64,000 nucleotides of DNA from Octopus sinensis. Lineage: Eukaryota. Positions 24,961 to 39,919 of this stretch are shown here, piece after piece. The DNA lies in contig NC_043010.1 of the NCBI RefSeq assembly GCF_006345805.1, forward strand, positions 22,630,001 through 22,694,000, given 5' to 3'. Position numbers and translations under genes: made by a program. The notes beneath the pieces were generated by a model that saw only the letters and a list, made by a program, of their open reading frames with translations, made no database searches and had not been told where the DNA came from. Numbering within the stretch: the first letter of the stretch is position 1; every line of letters starts with the position of its first letter.

Positions 24961-25175
24961 AGGGGCTACACACAGAGGGGACAAACAAGGACAGACAAAC
25001 GGATTAAGTCGATTACATCGATCCCAGTGCGTATCTGGTACTTATTTAATCGACCCCGAAAGGATGAAAGGCAAAGTCGACCTCGGCGGAATTTGAACTC
25101 AGAACGTAACGGCAGACGGAATACCTCCAAGAATTTCGCCCGGCGCGCTAACGTTTCTGCCAGCTCACCGCCTTT
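24961..25175 (-). mobile_element. SINE family A, full length, alternative 3' tail (type 2)
   Basis: Family A head and body with tail TTAATCCGTTTGTCTGTCCTTGTTTGTCCCCTC. Confidence 0.92.
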
Positions 25176-25220
25176 ACATACGTGCATACCTACCTACCTA
25201 CATACTCTTCTGGTATAAAT

Positions 25221-25328
25221 ATCCGCTGAGGTCGACTTTGCCTTTCATTCTTTCGGAGGTCGATAAATTAAGTACCAGTTGCGCTCTGGGGTTGATCTAA
25301 TCGACTGGCCCCCTCCCCCAAAATTTAA
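25221..25328 (+). mobile_element. SINE family A, 5'-truncated, inverted relative to the previous copy
   Basis: GAGGTCGACTTTGCCTTTCATTC...GGCCCCCTCCCCCAAAATTT. Confidence 0.88.
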
Positions 25329-26129
25329 ACATCTGCAACATCAGAACCAACTGAAAGCATAGGCAAGATATAGTTGTTTGGAACAGACGAGAAAAAATAT
25401 GCGTTGTTATAGAGGCAGCTGCCCTGATGAGGTATATATATTTCTTCGAAAATCAAAGAAAAATAAGATAACTACAGACACTACTTCGAAACCCCCAGCT
25501 TCTACATCTGGATTATAAATTCACATTTATACCAGTAATAATTTGTGGTTGCTCTTGGTTTTGTTAGGAAATGTCTAAGTGACAATCTGGAAGAGCTGGA
25601 GGCTTCAGAAAAAGTAATCAACCAACTGATTCGCACATTACACATACAATCTGTAAGCGGAACAATAAAGATATGCAAGACTTTTCTCAAGTTCATTAAG
25701 GCATTGTTTTTGCTATCTATAATCCAAGGATGGAGCTTTGTATCTTTGTTAGAAATTAGATAATTCCTAACAGAAAGAATTTAAATAGTTAAAAATAGAA
25801 AAAGAAAACAAAAACACATAAATACCTATTTTGTCCAAATTCCAAAACAAAAGCATTGTTTCTGGCTTGGAGTCTGTTATTTAGAATATCTAACAAATAA
25901 AGGTACGCATGTGGATAGGGGTATAAAGGAACGTATACAGAAATAACGGTAAAAGGTAAAATGAGGAATTTATTAAAATAGTATTTTCTCACATTAGCAT
26001 AATGGTAAATGTATGTACAGAAAGAGGTGTGCAAACCAACCGAGCGGAATCTCAGTGCTGGGGAGATGTGGAAGGAAATGTTTGGTGGTGGCAGGATTCG
26101 AAATCAGAATGCGAAGTTTGGGTGGGTGG

Positions 26130-26250
26130 AGCGTAGACGTGGCTAAGTGGTTAAGAAGCTTGCTTTTCAACCAAGTGATCTTTGGTTCAGTCCCACTGTA
26201 CGGCACTTGGGACGAGTATCTTCTACTGAAGGCCAGACTGGGATTTGTTT
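26130..26250 (+). mobile_element. SINE family B, 5' fragment
   Basis: GTGGCTAAGTGGTTAAGAAGCTTGCTT...GGTTCAGTCCCACTG. Confidence 0.7.
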
Positions 26251-26698
26251 GTATGGCACATGTGTGTACCTTTACGTATAATGTATGGCAGACATAGCTA
26301 TGTATGGTATATTAGATAGACAGAGAGATGATGCAGTGCCTGGGTATATGCTTACGAAGTTCGGAATACTTCTAGAGTATTTCCATACTCAGAAACTCGG
26401 ATATCACGCACACAAACACACAAGCAAATATACTCTCACATACACACACGCATGCACGTGTTCGCGCTTGTGCTACTAAAATACTATCAAGTTTTATACG
26501 GGCTGGAACAAATATACAAGAATAAAATAGAATATCCGTACGAATAGACAGAGATTAGAGAGGAGAAAGAGAGGGGGAGAGGTGGGGAGGGAGGGAGAGA
26601 TAGAGAGAAAGAAAGAGAATTTGAAAAATTTGAGGGAAACCTTTGTGTGCATTCGACAGAAAGTTAAATTAGCGCATGTTACAGTTAAAAAAGAAAGA

Positions 26699-26750
<52 letters not shown>

Positions 26751-26802
26751 GGTGGTGGTGGTGTTATCTAAAGGTACTTGAGAGAAGTGTTATGCATTGA
26801 CA

Positions 26803-26835
<33 letters not shown>

Positions 26836-26981
26836 TACACATATATATCTATAGTAGGATACATATATCGGTTTTAAGATATGTATACATACGTATGGAG
26901 CTGTATGGGTGCTGGTGCGTATGCACAAACGTGCGCGCGCATCCGTTACAATTTGCATGTCTTTCTCTGTATGAGTACGAG

Positions 26982-27012
<31 letters not shown>

Positions 27013-27180
27013 GAAATGTTCCACTCGTAACAACATACATGCCTAGGTACGCATGCGCATCAGTGTTTGAATTAAGATATATGTGTGTTTGCGGAAAGAG
27101 ACTTTAAAACTAAGATAAGTCTATGATATTACACGGCTGAAATACACCGAAATATCAGAAAAACCTATTGACTCCAGTAT

Positions 27181-27410
27181 TGGTTGTTGTTGTTGTTGTT
27201 GTTGTTATTATTATTATTATTATTATTCGTTTTCTTCTTCTTTTTCTTTTTATTCTTCTACTTCTTCTCCTTCTACTTCTTCTTCTTCTTCTTCGTTTTC
27301 TTCTTCTTCTTCTTCTTCTTCTTCTTCTTCTTCGTTTTCTTCTTCTTCTTCTTCTTCTTCTGCTTCTTCTTCTTTTCTTTTTCTTCTTCTTTTCTTCTTC
27401 TTTTTTCTTC
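27181..27410. repeat. Compound (GTT)(ATT)(CTT)n microsatellite
   Basis: Directly visible; source of the poly-R/E/L/F ORFs. Confidence 0.95.
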
Positions 27411-27760
27411 TCCCACCTCCTCTTACACGCATGCACATACAAACAGACGATAAAAAACGCACGAATTAAAACTGCTACTGCTGTACAACACCGCACACGA
27501 CTGCACAACGCTTAACAACAAGCTCGCACGTCCATTGTGTAAGCGTTGATTTGCAATACAGGCAATCGAACCCCGCATGCATATGTCAATGTCTGTGCAG
27601 CAGACATCTATGTAAGAATAGGATTGCATTCAAATGGGTTTCTTTTTCCTGAGTGTCTCTGTAGATATACATGAAAACATGCATAGAAACGACGTGTGTG
27701 TGCGTGTGTATGTGTGTGTGTGTGTCTAGAGAGGGAGCGAGGATACAGAGATCTTTCGCT

Positions 27761-27860
27761 NNNNNNNNNNNNNNNNNNNNNNNNNNNNNNNNNNNNNNNN
27801 NNNNNNNNNNNNNNNNNNNNNNNNNNNNNNNNNNNNNNNNNNNNNNNNNNNNNNNNNNNN
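27761..27860. other. Assembly gap (100 N)
   Basis: Run of exactly 100 N. True distance is unknown. Confidence 1.
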
Positions 27861-29027
27861 CGACAACAACCATAATAGCAGTCACAACAACAACAACAAC
27901 AACAATTAAATGAGCAATAACACAACAACAACAACAACAACAGAACGACTATACAACGACAACAACACAGTTTCATAGAGTGATTTATTGGTTTTCATCA
28001 GTTCCTATAAATTACACGGCGTTTCTCCTTTTGTTCTCTTATCTTACGTTTTATTCGGTACATTTCTGTAGTGTAATCCTGAACACACACACAGACACAC
28101 ACACACACACACACACACACACTGACACACTGACACACACATTTCAAATACATAACCATATGTATGTATGAATGCGTGGAATGTGTGCATTAATGTGTGC
28201 GTGTATTATATATATATATGTATGTATATATATCAATACATATATGTATATATATGTATACACACACACATGCACACATATATATAAATATATATACATT
28301 CGATATGTGTGTGTGTGCATGTGTGTGTGTGTACACAAGTATGTAAGCGCGTGCGCACACACATGCGTGCATGTATACATAATGAAATAAATGTACAGAG
28401 AGCAAAGTAGCCATATATATATATATATTACACGCGCGCGCATGCACACACATAAACACATAAACACACACGTGCGTCTGTACACATAGGCAGCGAGACA
28501 CAGACAAACAGACGAACGGACGGACAGGCTACATACGTAACTCTACATGTAAACGTGTGTGCGTGCGTGCGTATACGAAGTATGTAGTAACAAGTAACGA
28601 CGTCACTCCATATTGCTTTTGTCATATTCCCTAACATTGCTCTCGCCATTACCAACCGGTTTTTATTTGTGTCATAAATACACAGATAAACCCTTCTCTT
28701 ACACCCCAGCCCCCTATCCCTCACTCATCTACTATCCCTTTCATTTAGCCCCTATTAATCTCACACAGACTGATCCCTATCTAAAATGTCCTGCTCTGAA
28801 CTTTACTCGTCTGCCCTAGATTATTCCTCAGTAACTGTTCCTGGCACGACAATCTCTTTTACATGCTGACTGGTCGTGTTATACTACGGGTATATGGTAT
28901 GGCAGGATGTAGAGGGGTGCATTTTAGCAAGTAAGGGGAGGAATACGGTATTGCGATGAGTGGCGTCCGTTGGTATTTCAAGATAGCTGCAAAATAACTT
29001 AATGTGTGACCATACCTCATCATTTCT

Positions 29028-29620
<593 letters not shown>

Positions 29621-29621
29621 A

Positions 29622-29735
29622 ATGTTTTGCTCAAATCACAACGTGCTGCCCTGTCAGGGAATCGAACCCACGATCGTGATTGCTGTATGCCGGTATAGCG
29701 ATCGTGAGTACGACGGCCTAACCACTAGTACGTGC
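29622..29735 (-). mobile_element. SINE family C-like head fragment
   Basis: Reverse complement gives TAGTGGTTAGG...GGGTTCGATTCCC...CGTTGTGATTTGAGCAAAACA. Confidence 0.6.
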
Positions 29736-29784
29736 GCATCGACTGCGTATGTATATATGTATATTTATAGTTATGTAAGTGGGC

Positions 29785-29820
<36 letters not shown>

Positions 29821-29839
29821 TTGTGTGTCTGTGTTTGCA

Positions 29840-30020
29840 CCCCGACCCCACCAACGTTTGGCAACCGATACTGGTATGTTTACGTCCCCGTAACATTAGC
29901 GGTTCAGCAAAAGATACCGATAGAATAAGTACTGGGTTTACAAAGAATAAGTCTCGGGTCGATTTGTTCGACTAAAAGCGGTGCTGCAGTATGGCCGCAG
30001 TCAAATGACTGAAACAAGCA
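29840..30020 (+). mobile_element. SINE family B, 3' half
   Basis: CCCCGTAACATTAGCGGTTC...GCAGTATGGCCGCAGTCAAATGACTGAAACAAG. Confidence 0.88.
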
Positions 30021-31075
30021 GTTTGGCTACTTCTTTCTTTGGAGATTGTCAAAGTGATGTGGACACCTCTTATGAGAACCCAATAAGGTCCGAAAATCGA
30101 TTAAGGTTGTTCATCATATTTTTTTTACAGTGTGCGGAGAAATAGCTAAAATTTGTCCTGTTTATAGTAATACCATACGTTACGTATATTATATATATAT
30201 ATGTATATGTATATATGCACTCAGTTTTTCGTATTGACTTCTGTGTGAGTTAATGATTCGTCCCGGTAACACATATACCCATACATACTATGCACCTACA
30301 GCACTGCTGTAACAGCGAAGGTTGGAAGGCTGAAGAAAGATTACTTCCTTCGCCATGGTAAAGGAAGAATAGTCAAGGAATCAAAGTAATGAGGGTTCCA
30401 AGAATGGCGGACTGGAAAGAAGGAATGATAAATAGGAAAAGTTGAAGGAAGAAAGGGCGGAAGAGAGACAAGATGGAGGAAAGAATGAAGGGATGGAGAG
30501 GGTGGAAAAGGAGTGGGTGGTTGAAGATTTGGCTGTACAGATAAACAAAATGGTTGCTTGGAAAGAAAAAGAAGGGCGATGGAGATGAAGGTGACCGTTG
30601 AGAAAGGAGAATACAGCAAAAGAAGTGGGGGATGTGGGAGGAAGAAGGAAAGAAAAAAGAAGAAAATAATTGTGAGAGTCAGAAGGTACTTTAAGTATGG
30701 TATTCGTGATATCTTTTTCTTTTTTTTTATTGGTCTGTTTGTGGTGTTAATAGGGACATTACTAGTGAGTTGAGGGAGGTGAGACAGAAATAAAATGCAA
30801 CACGCTCACACACACAAACGACGCATATACAGATATAAACAAGCACACACAACCACACATACACAAAGACACACACACACACGCGCGCACGCACACACAC
30901 GCACACACACACACACAGCTACACAGATGCACACATGCGTACAATGATAAGCATATACAGTAAAAAGAGAGCCCCCAATAGATATTGTTTAGCTCCAGTT
31001 CAGTTCACATAGAGACAGATGACAAAAAAGCGTTCCAGCCGTGACCACCTCAATATGTTTAGGTATTGTCTAGAG

Positions 31076-31342
31076 CAGCGGTTCCCAAAGTAGGCGGTAT
31101 TTTATCACCGAGGGCGGAGGAAATTGAAGAAAAGTGGGGCGATAATGGGGTAGCGATTCATCTAAAAAGTGAGGCGATAAAGGGGTAGCGATCCCTGTAA
31201 AAACAACAAAATAATAGGTTCATTGGGTTAAATTTTGTTTGTGAAATGCTTTGAATTTGCTTCAGAAAGAGGTCTATGTGTGTGGTGGTTAGTTGGGATG
31301 TGTGCACTAGGAATGCAGCCCGAAATGGTTTGGGAACCACTG
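31076..31342. mobile_element. hAT (Charlie-like) MITE
   Basis: 14-bp TIRs CAGCGGTTCCCAAA / TTTGGGAACCACTG (one mismatch). Left flank GTCTAGAG fits the Charlie NTCTAGAN target; right flank AGCTAAAA is a decayed TSD. Confidence 0.75.
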
Positions 31343-31593
31343 AGCTAAAACAACAACGTTATATGAGACAGAATACTGTTTCATTGGGCCGGTCTGTGAC
31401 AACGCATTGTCACCCGTTAGCTCTCCCTCCCTCCACACACAAGAGAAAAAGCAAAGGACTTTGGTGAAAACCAAGGACGGCTTTACTATTAAAATATGGT
31501 TTCTGATTGGTAAATAATACGAGACAGGTGACGTTATGAACGTAAATGCTTTGTACTTGATAAATTCTTTATTGAGGTGAAAGAACCCGTGAT

Positions 31594-31646
<53 letters not shown>

Positions 31647-31932
31647 ACTTAATGTGGCTGTAATGTAAGAACGCTATAATACTGCGGTATTCGTCACGAT
31701 AGAGAACCGATGTTAGACAACTTTTATCTTCTAATGATATTCCTAAGCTTTTAAGCACTAAACGTCTATACGAGATTCTCTCTCAAGACAAACACTGCAG
31801 TATTACTGCATTCTTACAGTACATCCACGTTAAGTAGGACATAAAGATTGCTATTCTGTACTAATACTGCTCCCCCCTCTCTCTCTGAAAATATATGTAT
31901 GTAATTTAACATCTATCTAACTATCTATTTAG

Positions 31933-31994
<62 letters not shown>

Positions 31995-32432
31995 GTGTAT
32001 ATTTAGTCTATTAACAGCCAATTCCTGAAAGCTAACGGTTTCATGCTGAAGGACCCTCAAGTTTTGTAATGGTAACTTAGCAATCAACAGAGATAGCTGA
32101 ATAGAAGAGTAAATTGCTAAAGCTGTATCCTTCCTTTCAAGAATGTCCGATGACTGTAAATTTACGCACTTGGAAAGGTTCTCAACATGAAACAATTCGG
32201 CTGTTATGAGGCTAAATTGGCTGTTATGAGGCTAAATTTATACTATAAATATAGTACGCCCTCTTTACTACCCCATGTACGTGGACCAGTTTTTCTGGTT
32301 TATAAAAACTTATGGGACATCAATGTGGGTGTGCACACACGTGCGAACCAAGAAATGTAACTATGCAGGTATTAACAAAACAGTGTAAAGCTATATATTT
32401 ATATTTATTGGAATCTAAAAATTTCATCTATC

Positions 32433-32472
32433 ATTATTTCGACGTTCTCGTTTCCGATCTTCGGACGATAAT
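32433..32472 (-). ncRNA. Decayed minimal hammerhead-like motif (CCGAAGA core)
   Basis: AUUAUCGU-CCGAAGA-UCG[GAAA]CGA-GAAC-GUC-GAAAUAAU. One A is missing from GAAAC; stem I has 6 of 8 pairs. Confidence 0.4.
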
Positions 32473-33661
32473 ACTGGAGACGTGAAAACCGGAGTAACTA
32501 TTGGTGAAGTATCTTGTTCTGTGTTGCCGAATAGTCTGTTCTTAGGTTCTAATCTTTCCTTTGATTTTCTTCATTTATAAAATGACCAACGTTTACGAGA
32601 AAGGGGAAAATGCAAGTTTATATGGAAATATCGTGAATGAATTGGGAAGGGGAAAAATTGAGTGAGAGCAACAAATATCTAAATTGCATGGAATTAAGAG
32701 GATTATAAGGAATTCGGGAAAACAGGGAGCGGAGTAGAAGGGAGAGAGAGAGAGGGGTGGGGTAAGAGAAAAGCGCCAAAGGAGACTGTTACAGTTGACG
32801 ATAGAGAATAAAAGAGAGATTCAGAAAATGTGTGTGTAGGTGTGGGTATGCGCGTGCGTGTGTGTTTATGTACGTGTTTGTGTGTGTGGTTATGTAGGTT
32901 TGCGTGCGTGTGTGTGTGTGTTTATATATTTGTGTGTAATGAGTGAGTATGGGAGTGTGTAGCGGAATCTGTGCATTTGTGAGTCAATGTGTGTGTGTGT
33001 TGATACGATGCGTGTGTACTCGGATGATTGTGTGTGTGTGTGCGTGCGTACAAGAGAGTATGTGTTTGTGTATATAAAGGCGTCGGTATTTATGTGTGTG
33101 TGTAGGGGAGTATGTTTTTGTATTTATGCGTGACTGTGTGAGATATATAATGTGTGTGTGTGTGTGTGTCTTTGTGAGGAATATTAAGTATGCGAGTAAG
33201 TAACGCAGTGTAGGAACATAAATACGAATGAGTGTGTGTGTGTGTGTGTGTGTGTACAGGTGAGTGTAATGGAGTTAGTGAAATGATATCACAAAGTCAA
33301 TATAATACTTTGATGTCCAATCTACAAGACCAGATGATAAAATAATTCCCATCGATTTTTTTTTTTACTTCCAACCTCTAATTTAAGGTTGACTCAAAGA
33401 GCAAAGTTTAAAGTGCAACATTCGTCGGTATCATATGCACTGGCTGCAGTTTCCCAATTTGGTATTCAGGAGATCTGAAGGCCACATCTGGCCGGGTCAT
33501 TACGATACTGGCCTTTCTGAACCTAATTTCACAAATAGCTTTTATCGCAGATTCAAAAGTACATTGCTTTGTAAAATATAGAGCAAAGCGAGGCAATGAG
33601 AAAGTTCTCTATTTGAGATCAACCTGCTTGAAAAAGCAGACAAATCTCCCTCTTAAATATT

Positions 33662-33820
33662 GTAGCTGTGTGGTAAGAAGTTTTCCTCCCAACCATATGG
33701 TTTCGGGTTCAATCCCACCGTGTGGCTTCTTGGGCAAGTGCCCTTTGCTATAACTCCGGTCCGACTAAGGCCTTGTGAGTAGATTTGGTAGAAGGATACT
33801 AAAAGAATCTCCTCGTATAT

Positions 33821-33852
<32 letters not shown>

Positions 33853-34052
33853 GCGTGTGTGTCTGTTTTACCCCACTTCTACTTGACAACCAGTGTTTAA
33901 GTCCCCCTAACTTAGCAGCTCGCCATAAGCGATCGATAGAATAAGCACTAGACTTGAAGAATGATCTGGGGGCGATTTGGTCGGCTGATCTCTTGAAGGC
34001 GGTGCCCCAGTGTGGCTGCCGTACAATAATGAAAACAAATAAAAGATGAAAG
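33662..34052 (+). mobile_element. SINE family B, old full-length copy
   Basis: Colinear with the family B head, central microsatellite and tail, with many substitutions. Confidence 0.85.
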
Positions 34053-34467
34053 ATATCTCGAAATAAAGAAGTATAGACTGGATAATGTATTAACCCCCCC
34101 CCCCGAACACGCCCCTCCTCCACCTTTCCAGAAACCGGAGGAAGTTCGGCAGACTCAGATAAGCAGCCGTCCTTCCCAACCCCACGCCGCTTTCCACTGC
34201 TCCAGCTCCGAAGCTCCATGCATATATAATTATCTAACATTTATCTCGAGTTAATGTTTTCCACAAATTAGGGAGCTAATGGTGGGCCCGTTTTAATAAT
34301 TGGGAAACTCTCTCCCTTCCTCCCGCCCCAGTCGAAATTCTAGCTACGCCCATGGAGGAATACAAAAGGGACAGGATAGTCACGACTGGAATAGCTTTGA
34401 TCTTAGGGGCTGCTCGTTGATGCAGGACTGATTTGGCTTTAAACAAAACATTACCACCACCACAACC

Positions 34468-34499
<32 letters not shown>

Positions 34500-35336
34500 C
34501 CCATTATCCAATGAAATATTTCTCTCCATAATCATTATTAATAAAGTCGAAGTTAATACGAGGGAGTTTTAGATGCTATATTTAGCAGGTCAAGCGAATA
34601 CGCTATGTATGTCCACATTGGAACGCTAGTTCCTTTGTTTTCTTAAGTCCTCCGATTCAGCCGTGATTTTATAGACCTATGATCAGAGGTTTTCTTAACG
34701 TGACCATCCTACCTTTTCGTTTATTTAGGATTGACATCAACCAATGTGTGTATGTATGTGTGTGCGTATGGCCTTCTTTATTAAAGACGACAGCGAGAGA
34801 TTTAATAGAGATTTGGTTACTATGTCTAGCAGATCAAGTGACTATGTCGATGTATGTAGTAGGGGTATTGAGTGCTGTATATGTATGTGTGTGTATGTGT
34901 ATGTATGTATGAATATGTATGTACATGTTTATATGAATAAATACGTATATATGTGTGCATATGTGTGTATGTATGTATATATGTGTGCATATGTATGTAT
35001 GCATATATATGTTCAATGTATATATATATATATATATATATATATGATATATATATATATATATATATATTATATAATATATATATATAGATAATGTATA
35101 TATATATATAATGTATATATATTATATAATATATATATGTATATAATGTATATATATATATGTGTGTGTGTGTGTGTATCCACAGACCTTCATATACCTT
35201 GTATGGATAATGTGTAATATATTTATAATACATTAATATTATATATATATATATATGCATACATACATACATGCATACATACATACATACATGCACATAT
35301 ATATATATATAAGACATACATAACAGATATATATAT

Positions 35337-35381
<45 letters not shown>

Positions 35382-35884
35382 CATATGGTATACCTAGATG
35401 TATGTATACATGTATGTAGGTATGTATGTATGTATGTATGTATGTATGTATGTATGTATGTATGTGTGTGTGTGTGTATGTATGTATGTGAAGAAGTAGG
35501 GTTGGCAGGAAGGCCTGCACTCTGTTTACGTAAGTTATTGGCAAACGGTCACGGTAGAATAGTTCGGCTTATCATTGTATAGGAACGTTGACATTGTTCA
35601 GACAACAAATGTTGAAATATGCTGTCTGGCTTAGAAACTACATAATTCCATGGAAAAGGAGAACGCTTCGCTGGTTTTTGGTAGCAGAGCATGGCATGGA
35701 ATGTAAAACTGTTTACTCACTCACTATGCGTGATTTCTAATATCCACTCATGAATGAGCGACTGCATAAACTATGGAAGCTCATAAAGGTTATAGTCAAC
35801 TTACAGTTTTTCTGTTTTCTTTCTTTTTTTACTGTTTTGATTTATTCATTGTCATAGGCTTATATCGGATTTACTTATTTATTT

Positions 35885-36272
35885 ATTCTTTTAATTCGTC
35901 TATTTGTTTCAGTCATGTGACTGCGGCCATGCTGGAGCACAACCTTTTTAGTCGAACAAATCGACCCAAGGACTTTATTCTTTGTAAGCCTAGTACTTTA
36001 TCAGGATCTTCTGCCGAAACGCTAAGTTACGGGAACGCAAACACACCAACGATGGGGGGGGGGGCAGGTACAAACACATACACACACACACACACGCACA
36101 CACGCACAAATACACAGGCTTCTTTCAGTTTCCGTCTACTAAATCCATTCACAAGCTTTGGTCGGCCCTACGCTATAGTAGAAGACACTTGACCAAGGTG
36201 TCACGCAGTTGGACTGAAACCGGAACCATGTGGTTGAAAAGCATGCTTCTTACCACACAGCCACGCCTGCGC
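35885..36272 (-). mobile_element. SINE family B, full length
   Basis: Reverse complement from GCGCAGGCGTGGCTGTGTGGTAAG to GACTGAAACAAATAG. Confidence 0.92.
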
Positions 36273-36483
36273 ATTTGCGTGTTTTTTTTTTTTTTCATTC
36301 TTTTACTGGTTCAGTTATTGGACAGCGGCCATCGCCTTTGAAGGTTTTAGTCCAAAAATATTGACTCCTGTAATTATATTTTATTGAATAAAAAGAAAAA
36401 AATTGAGTTGGACGAACTCGTTGAAAGAATTTAGTTCTGAATCCTTACGAAAATGTTGGATACATTAAATTAATATTGGATAT

Positions 36484-36650
36484 AGGCAGCGCGTGTGACT
36501 ATGAGGTATGAAGCTTGCTTCCCAACAGCATAGTTCCGGGTTCAGTCCATTGCGTGGCACCTTGGGCAAATGTCTTTTACTGTAGCCTCGGGCCGACTAA
36601 AGCCTTGTGAGTGGATTTGGTAGACGGAAAATGAAAGAAGCACGTAATAT
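36484..36650 (+). mobile_element. SINE family B, 5' half
   Basis: Head through GGAAAATGAAAGAAGC, then microsatellite. Confidence 0.85.
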
Positions 36651-36896
36651 ATATATATGTGTGTGTGTGTGTGTGTATATATATATACGTTTATATATTT
36701 GTTGTGCAAGATTTTTTATGTGAAGTCGTGTGTTGAAACAGATATTGTTATATTTCGGAATGGTCAATTTGCCAGTTTAGCCAATAAAAATACACGCACT
36801 ATATATTTGGTGTTATTTTACTTCGGTGTTATTTATTTTTTACATTAATCTTAATCTTATTTCGGCCATATATATATATATGTATGTATATATATA

Positions 36897-37058
36897 GGCG
36901 CAGGAGTGGCTGTGTGGTAAGTAGTTTGCTTACCAACCACATGGTTCCGAGTTCAGTCTCACTGCATGGTACCTTGGGCAACTGTCTTCTATTACACCTT
37001 CGAATCGACCAATGCCTTGTGAGTGGATTTGGTGGACGGAACCTGAAAGAAGCCCGTC

Positions 37059-37101
<43 letters not shown>

Positions 37102-37272
37102 TCCCCACACCGTTTGATAACTGATGCTGGTATGTTTACGTCTCCGTAACTTAGCGGTTCATCAATAAACACCCGTAGAGGCTTAAAAATATAAGTCCTG
37201 AGGTCGATTCATTCGACTAAAAGTTCTTCATGGCTGCTATGTAATGACTGAAACATGTAGAAGATATAAAGA
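36897..37272 (+). mobile_element. SINE family B, full length
   Basis: Starts GGCGCAGGAGTGGCTGTGTGGTAAG; ends GACTGAAACATGTAGAAGA. Confidence 0.92.
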
Positions 37273-37449
37273 GTGATAGTCAGTGCTGGAACGTCATAAA
37301 CCAGGTCTGCTCGATTAAAACGAACTCAGTATTTGAGATCAACAATAATAAAACCAAAAAATAACTGAAATAAAATACTTAATTTGGGAAACATTAAAAA
37401 TCTTTTTGTTATTGAACATATTTATCGATTTCTACTCAAAGAATATTGG

Positions 37450-37676
37450 AGAATTATTGGCTTGAATTTTGGGCTCAAGATTAGCAATTTCAGGTGAGGG
37501 GGTTAAGTCGATTAAATCGCCCCCAGTACTCAACTGGTATTTATTTTAATCGAGCACGAAAGGATAAAACGCAAAGTCGGCCTCTATGAATTTTGAACTC
37601 AGTACATAAAGACGGACGAAATGCCGCTAAGCATTTCCCCCGGTGTTCTAACGATTCTGCCAGCTCACCGCCTTTA
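37450..37676 (-). mobile_element. SINE family A, full length
   Basis: Reverse-complement match across head, box, body and tail. Confidence 0.88.
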
Positions 37677-37800
37677 TCGGTAACATATTATTACCATGGA
37701 ATTTTGGAGTTGTCTTTCCGTAATAAGTGCATTGATATAAGGCCATGCGTTGAAAATGAATCGATAACTTCATAGGAGAACTATTTTGGTTATTGAAAAA

Positions 37801-37820
37801 AGAAATTTTGAGCTGACGAA
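37801..37820 (+). mobile_element. Fragment of the 22240-22597 family, truncated inside the HHR
   Basis: AGAAATTTTGAGCTGACGAA is identical to the reverse complement of 22569-22588. Confidence 0.55.
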
Positions 37821-37992
37821 TTTTCATTGTACAACTGGGCTGACCCATACCTGTAATATAAGGCATTCACCTATGGTTCCATTAGGGGAGATCGAACCTA
37901 TTACTTCCTGATTGAGAAACAAATTTCTAACCATTCAGCCAATCTGGGTCCACAGATATCTACACACATAGTTGCATACATACATACATACA

Positions 37993-38024
<32 letters not shown>

Positions 38025-38320
38025 CATACATACATACATACATACATATGCATATAGATACATACGTATATGAGAATACGTACCTGCATGCATACACGAC
38101 TCATCTAACATTCCCTTTTCAAATTCATTTTGTAAGCGGAACCATAGAAATATGCAAGAATTTTCTAAACTTCAAGCATTTACATCTTTACCGTTGTTAA
38201 TATCCAGATTCCAACAATGGACCTTTGTTCCCTTCTCAGAGACCAATTCCTTCTCTGCAGCAAGAGTTGCAATGATTAAAAGACAAAAAATAAACTATAC
38301 ATACATTCCATGTACATCTA

Positions 38321-38387
<67 letters not shown>

Positions 38388-39046
38388 TATTAATATATAT
38401 TATATGGCATCAGCACATGTATAGATAGATATATATAATATAACAATCAGACAAATATTAGGTGCATATAGCATACACACACACTCACAAACATACATGG
38501 CAGCAATTAAGCAATACGTTATCATACATAAAACCACGGTAACTTAATCAGGCAAGAGAAATCAGCTGTGAAGAAAGGTCTGAATGAAAATCGATTCACA
38601 AGCTTACACAGTCATCATCTTCTTCTTGTGCTGCAGCTAAGATAGATGAGAGCCTATTAGGACAAAAACATGTTGATGTGGTTTTATTGAATACAAGATG
38701 TGTTCGACAGATTTATGGCACTTCAAGTGTTCCATAAACTTGATTCTACTTATTATAAACTCACTCTACTGTGAGTGTGTGTGTGTGTGTATGTGTGCTT
38801 GTGTGTGGGTGCATGTGTGTGTGTGTGTGTGTAAGTAAATGGAGGAGAGGGAAATGTAATCATAAAGATTCCAATTCAAGGGAGATGCGCAGGACTATTT
38901 CAATGCGTCCATAAAATGGGAGTTTGGTTTATGGGGGAGAATTAAGGAGTGACGGGGGTGGCATTTAAAATTGGTGATAGGTAGATACGCAGATGGATGG
39001 ATGGATAGACAGACAGACAGACAGACAGATAGACAGACTGACAGAT

Positions 39047-39118
<72 letters not shown>

Positions 39119-39690
39119 TTAGATGGATGCCTGGTTTAGAGGTCTACATGCAATTTTACATAAATTTTTCTCGAAGAAGAAGGAGAGGTAGAAGAAGATA
39201 AATATAAGAAAGTATTTGTATGAATTGGTCGTTGGATCTAAACACCGATCGATCGATCGATCGATCAATCAATAAACAGACACATACATGCATATATACA
39301 TATGAAACTATAGCCACGATTATACGTACAGACAAGACATATTAACATTCATGCTTGCATAAATACTTAGATGCGTCCGTACATTCAAGCATCCATCCAT
39401 CCATCCATCCATCCATCCATCCATCAATACATACATATATACATAAGCTGACTGCTTCATAGATTGACTGACGAACAGAAACATATGTACAGATATAGAT
39501 GCATTGATTGACAGATAGATAGATATATGTATAAATATATATAATATATATATATGTATAAATATATATAATATATATATAATATATATATATTGATAAA
39601 ACGGTAAGATAACAAAAGAAAGAAAGAGACCTCAATATTATGTAAATAGAGGAAATTATCTATACAATATGTTACATTACTCGGTAGTCA

Positions 39691-39754
39691 AGATAAAACT
39701 CTGAGTTTCAGATGCCGAAGTGAAATCCACAACACAACATCTCTTCGGTTATCT
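39691..39754 (-). ncRNA. Variant hammerhead in the 3' pLTR, sense with the ORF
   Basis: Same motif as 40680-40742, with small indels in the stem II loop region. Confidence 0.5.
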
Positions 39755-39919
39755 GGCTATTTGAAAACGTTATGAAAATACCGTTAAAAATGAAGGGAAA
39801 TTACTCTGTTATAACTCTGCTTTGCCTGCGTACTTACATCGCTCGCATTTTTGTCATAAAAATTATATAAAAATACATAAAAATATATAAAAATATATAA
39901 AAATAATAAAATCTTCTTG

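Noticed and set aside
25424-25500. CUGAUGAG...CGAAA
   Set aside because: No credible stems II, III or I.
32140-32195. CCGAUGA...GAAAGGUUCUC
   Set aside because: Stem II has one basal pair and stem I needs a bulge; within chance expectation.
33653-34240. 195-aa ORF (also 44920-45528, 202 aa)
   Set aside because: Made of SINE family B sequence plus microsatellite; chance open frames.
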